Below, piece by piece: positions 37,393 through 39,691 of a stretch of 39,691 nt of DNA; positions within the stretch are counted from its first letter, which is position 1, and each line of letters begins with the position of its first letter. Position numbers and translations under genes: made by a program. A model generated the notes under the pieces. That model was not told the DNA's origin and made no database searches. It worked only from the letters and a program-made list of their open reading frames with translations. Origin of the DNA: a virus (lineage: Duplodnaviria > Caudoviricetes). The stretch lies in IMG/VR virus record IMGVR_UViG_3300030095_004873, positions 1 to 39,691 of that record; one strand, 5' to 3'.

Positions 37393-37718
37393 TTATATTC
37401 TTTTAATTTTTCGTTCTTTAATTTTATTAATCGTGCTTTTATTACTTCCTCCTCTTTTAATATCTGAACTTTAAGCAGTATTAAATATCCTATTAAATCT
37501 TTTAATGTATCTTCTGATTTCATTGGATGTTCAAACCCTAATTTTTTTATTCTACTTAACTTGTCATCTATTCTTGCCAGGATTCCTTCCTTAGCAGATA
37601 GCTTACTAAATATTTGTGGGGGGTGATTGGCAGTATCTCCATAGGCTTTGTTCTTTTCAATCAACAACATAACCACTTCTCTTCCTACCTCTGTTATTAA
37701 ATCTGATGTGCTTTTCAT
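37389..37718 (-). CDS. Nucleotide-modification-associated domain 1 (DUF1599/Nmad1-like) protein
   Basis: KNKAYGD...RIDDKLSRI...EDTLKDLIGY signature. Confidence 0.75.
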   Translation of the reverse strand: MKSTSDLITEVGREVVMLLIEKNKAYGDTANHPPQIFSKLSAKEGILARIDDKLSRIKKLGFEHPMKSEDTLKDLIGYLILLKVQILKEEEVIKARLIKLKNEKLKEYK

Positions 37719-37724
37719 GTGTGT

Positions 37725-37895
37725 TTATTTATTTATCAAACATACTAAGAAAGTTATCACTAAACAAGTAATAGAGAAAGCAAATACTTTCATAGTCTCT
37801 TCATATTTCTTGTCGGACCTTCCTTGTCTACTTCTATATTGCCTTACCTTTTTTCTTTTCAGAATTTCTCTACCTTCATTAGTATAATGTTTCAT
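37725..37895 (-). CDS. Small membrane-anchored basic protein (56 aa, below ORF-track cutoff)
   Basis: MKHYTNEGREILKRKKVRQYRSRQGRSDKKYEETMKVFAFSITCLVITFLVCLINK*; ATGA-coupled to the upstream ORF; C-terminal TM helix. Confidence 0.7.
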   Translation of the reverse strand: MKHYTNEGREILKRKKVRQYRSRQGRSDKKYEETMKVFAFSITCLVITFLVCLINK

Positions 37896-38014
37896 TTTTT
37901 ATTTCTTAATTGTTTAATGATTTTAACAGCTTGTTTAATTTTTTTGTCCAGGTGATTTTCTAAAGCCTCTATTCTGTGCTCTAAAAAACTAATTTTATTG
38001 TCTTTATAATTCAT
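37892..38014 (-). CDS. Small coiled-coil protein (40 aa, below ORF-track cutoff)
   Basis: MNYKDNKISFLEHRIEALENHLDKKIKQAVKIIKQLRNKK*; fills the gap exactly (3-nt gap upstream, ATGA overlap downstream). Confidence 0.6.
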   Translation of the reverse strand: MNYKDNKISFLEHRIEALENHLDKKIKQAVKIIKQLRNKK

Positions 38015-38017
38015 AAT

Positions 38018-38206
38018 TTAATCTTTAAATCCATATACAATCCAAGTAGCATCAGTTTCGCCTACTGCTTCACTAATCCACCATTCATTGTTTCGGTTGT
38101 TAAAATATTCTATCTCTTTCATTAAGTGATCTTCTTCAAACTCTTTAGAGATAATTACTTTGCCACTGTCCTTGACAGACCAAAGTTGTGTAAATAGGTC
38201 TTCCAT
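38018..38206 (-). CDS. Hypothetical small acidic protein
   Basis: 62-aa ORF in the early cluster. Confidence 0.6.
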   Translation of the reverse strand: MEDLFTQLWSVKDSGKVIISKEFEEDHLMKEIEYFNNRNNEWWISEAVGETDATWIVYGFKD

Positions 38207-38290
38207 CTACCACCACAAGCCCACACTTTTTGGGTGTGAGCTATGGCTTTGATTAACTAACTAAACTATAACACTTGATCCATAAGGAAA

Positions 38291-38452
38291 TTAAATAAAG
38301 TAGTGTGGATCGTCACCATCTTTATTGTTTGTATTTTTCCCAATAGGAAATAGATCTGATAAAAATTTATCAAACACTCTTCCTTGATATTTCATTAAGT
38401 TGCTTTGGGGATTATTTTCTTTTCGTTCTGCTATTTTATTTGATTTTGCCAT
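38291..38452 (-). CDS. Small early protein (53 aa, below ORF-track cutoff)
   Basis: MAKSNKIAERKENNPQSNLMKYQGRVFDKFLSDLFPIGKNTNNKDGDDPHYFI*; good start context just after a putative promoter. Confidence 0.6.
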   Translation of the reverse strand: MAKSNKIAERKENNPQSNLMKYQGRVFDKFLSDLFPIGKNTNNKDGDDPHYFI

Positions 38453-38474
38453 ATTAAATTGTTTGTTCTGATTG

Positions 38475-38506
38475 CTAAAGTAATTCTTTTATAACTTCTT
38501 TCCAAA
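38475..38506 (-). promoter_or_regulatory. Putative early Bacteroidota -33/-7 promoter
   Basis: Minus strand TTTG-N20-TACTTTAG: one mismatch to TAnnTTTG with canonical 19-21 spacing, 22 nt before ATG 38452. Confidence 0.55.
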
Positions 38507-38710
38507 TCTTTTCTTAATTATTTCGAACTTTTTTGCACCTCTTGGAGCATGTTGCTCGGCTTTTAGGATGGCTTGTCGAGAACTTATTGCCTCGACTTCC
38601 ACCCTATTGTAATCGTAACCACAATCTTCATCTCCATGAAAATGTAGATACCAATACTCCACTAAATATTTTTTTAGTGGCTTTTTATCTTGGTCGTGTA
38701 GGATTTTCAT
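38489..38710 (-). CDS. Hypothetical early protein
   Basis: 73 aa with the KKYLVEY...VEVEAISSRQA pattern common in small phage proteins. Confidence 0.65.
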   Translation of the reverse strand: MKILHDQDKKPLKKYLVEYWYLHFHGDEDCGYDYNRVEVEAISSRQAILKAEQHAPRGAKKFEIIKKRFGKKL

Positions 38711-38715
38711 ATTAG

Positions 38716-39138
38716 TTATTGATTATCCAATTTTGTAGGATGTATATTTATTGTTCTTCCTCTTGATAATCCAGCCTGGACAAACTCCACGATCTCAACT
38801 TTATTCTCCTCTACATTGATTGTTCCCATGTCATCGAACTCTTCTCCTCTCCATCTCACCCTTCCAGTTATTGAAAGTTTATTTGGTTTGAAGAAATACT
38901 TTATTAAGTATTCTAACCACTCAATGTAGTTGTAGAATTTTTCATTCCCATCCCACACTAAATAATGATAATCGTTATATTCTTCTACTATCCATTGTAG
39001 CCATATGGATGGTTTTCCATTTGGTGTGTAACCATCTTCATGTCTTGTTTCATAAAGAGTTTCCATTGCTTGTAACTCTTTTTTAGTCAACTTACGATTA
39101 AAGTCGAACTGCCCATCAAATTCTGTTGTATATCCCAT
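38716..39138 (-). CDS. Conserved viral protein of unknown function
   Basis: 140 aa; MGYTTEF.G...WLQW...WDGNEKFYNYIEWLEYLI...G.V.WRGEE..D.G is a pattern I recognise from diverse phages. Confidence 0.75.
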   Translation of the reverse strand: MGYTTEFDGQFDFNRKLTKKELQAMETLYETRHEDGYTPNGKPSIWLQWIVEEYNDYHYLVWDGNEKFYNYIEWLEYLIKYFFKPNKLSITGRVRWRGEEFDDMGTINVEENKVEIVEFVQAGLSRGRTINIHPTKLDNQ

Positions 39139-39139
39139 A

Positions 39140-39373
39140 TTATTTATTATTTATTAAGTTATCATTTATTGGAGGAATTGCAGTTTCCTCAATCTCCAGA
39201 TCCATTTCTCTTGCCACATAATTAATATGCTTTTGAGTTGTCTGTGACCAATAACCAAGTTGATAAAGTTTATTATTAACTCCATCAATAATGGCTACTT
39301 TCGTAGAGTAGGAATAAATGTCATCTCCTACTCTTGTTAAATTCTGTTTGTATTTGTCAAATTTTTCTATCAT
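39140..39373 (-). CDS. Conserved small phage protein (SYxTxVA / SxTTxKH family)
   Basis: Likely start ATG 39373 (MIEKFDKY...); motifs IYSYSTKVA and WSQTTQKHIN. Confidence 0.7.
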   Translation of the reverse strand: MIEKFDKYKQNLTRVGDDIYSYSTKVAIIDGVNNKLYQLGYWSQTTQKHINYVAREMDLEIEETAIPPINDNLINNK

Positions 39374-39398
39374 AATTTTATTTATTATTTTATTTAAT

Positions 39399-39596
39399 TT
39401 AATGGTTAACATTATTCAGAAATACAACACTATCTAAAATGTTATTGGTTTCTGAGTCAAACAAATCTTCTTCAAGATGATTTATTCTCATCACATCAGA
39501 ATCGTTATTGAATCTATAATTTATGTCGCAGTTGTCAATGTTTCCATGTTCTGCTTCCAAGTTTTTAATAATTTTTTTAAGGTCTTTAATTTTCAT
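39399..39596 (-). CDS. Hypothetical early protein
   Basis: 65 aa with MKIKDLKKIIKNL N-terminus typical of small phage proteins; AT-rich leader. Confidence 0.65.
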   Translation of the reverse strand: MKIKDLKKIIKNLEAEHGNIDNCDINYRFNNDSDVMRINHLEEDLFDSETNNILDSVVFLNNVNH

Positions 39597-39691
39597 AGTT
39601 ATTTAATTTAATTTAATTATTTATAAATATAGTTTAAATATATTTAATATCCTAATTGCTTTCTCTTAGCTTATAGTACCAATCTTTTGTT

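Noticed and set aside
28756-38715. Plus-strand ORFs within the minus-strand arm (e.g. 31888-32211, 35562-35789, 37648-37887)
   Set aside because: Antisense shadows of real genes.
1-39691. Stop-codon reassignment as in some crAss-like phages
   Set aside because: Genes tile densely under the standard code, TAG and TGA both end genes at tight junctions, and no suppressor tRNA was seen.
1-39691. CRISPR array, tRNA, integrase, DGR reverse transcriptase, introns or inteins
   Set aside because: No spaced repeats, cloverleaf, recombinase or RT motifs, or interrupted core genes seen by eye. A covariance-model search was not possible.

Overview
A 39.7-kb, AT-rich segment of a tailed (podovirus-type) phage genome, most likely infecting Bacteroidota/Flavobacteriia: TAnnTTTG promoter boxes precede several genes and starts are A-rich without Shine-Dalgarno sites. 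The + strand (1-27785) is a crAss-like virion module: 5'-truncated terminase, portal, scaffold, major capsid, ring and muzzle tail proteins, a GNAT-like protein, ejection proteins and a 2549-aa giant protein with a zincin motif. The - strand (27778-39596) is the early/replication module: small ORFs, a Nmad1-like protein, two DnaA-domain-IV-like HTH proteins, Sak3-like annealase, RecE-like exonuclease, SSB, a candidate origin, primase-helicase, C5 DNA methyltransferase, SF2 helicase, a lipoprotein and VRR-NUC. I saw no DNA/RNA polymerase, integrase, lysis gene, tRNA or CRISPR array. The most notable signals are hidden coding layers. The giant gene has an A10 slippery site opening a 46-codon -1 frame and a nested +1-frame 55-aa basic microprotein. 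The methyltransferase gene has a nested +1-frame ORF resembling the M.EcoHK31I beta polypeptide. All family assignments are motif recognition from memory, not database searches.
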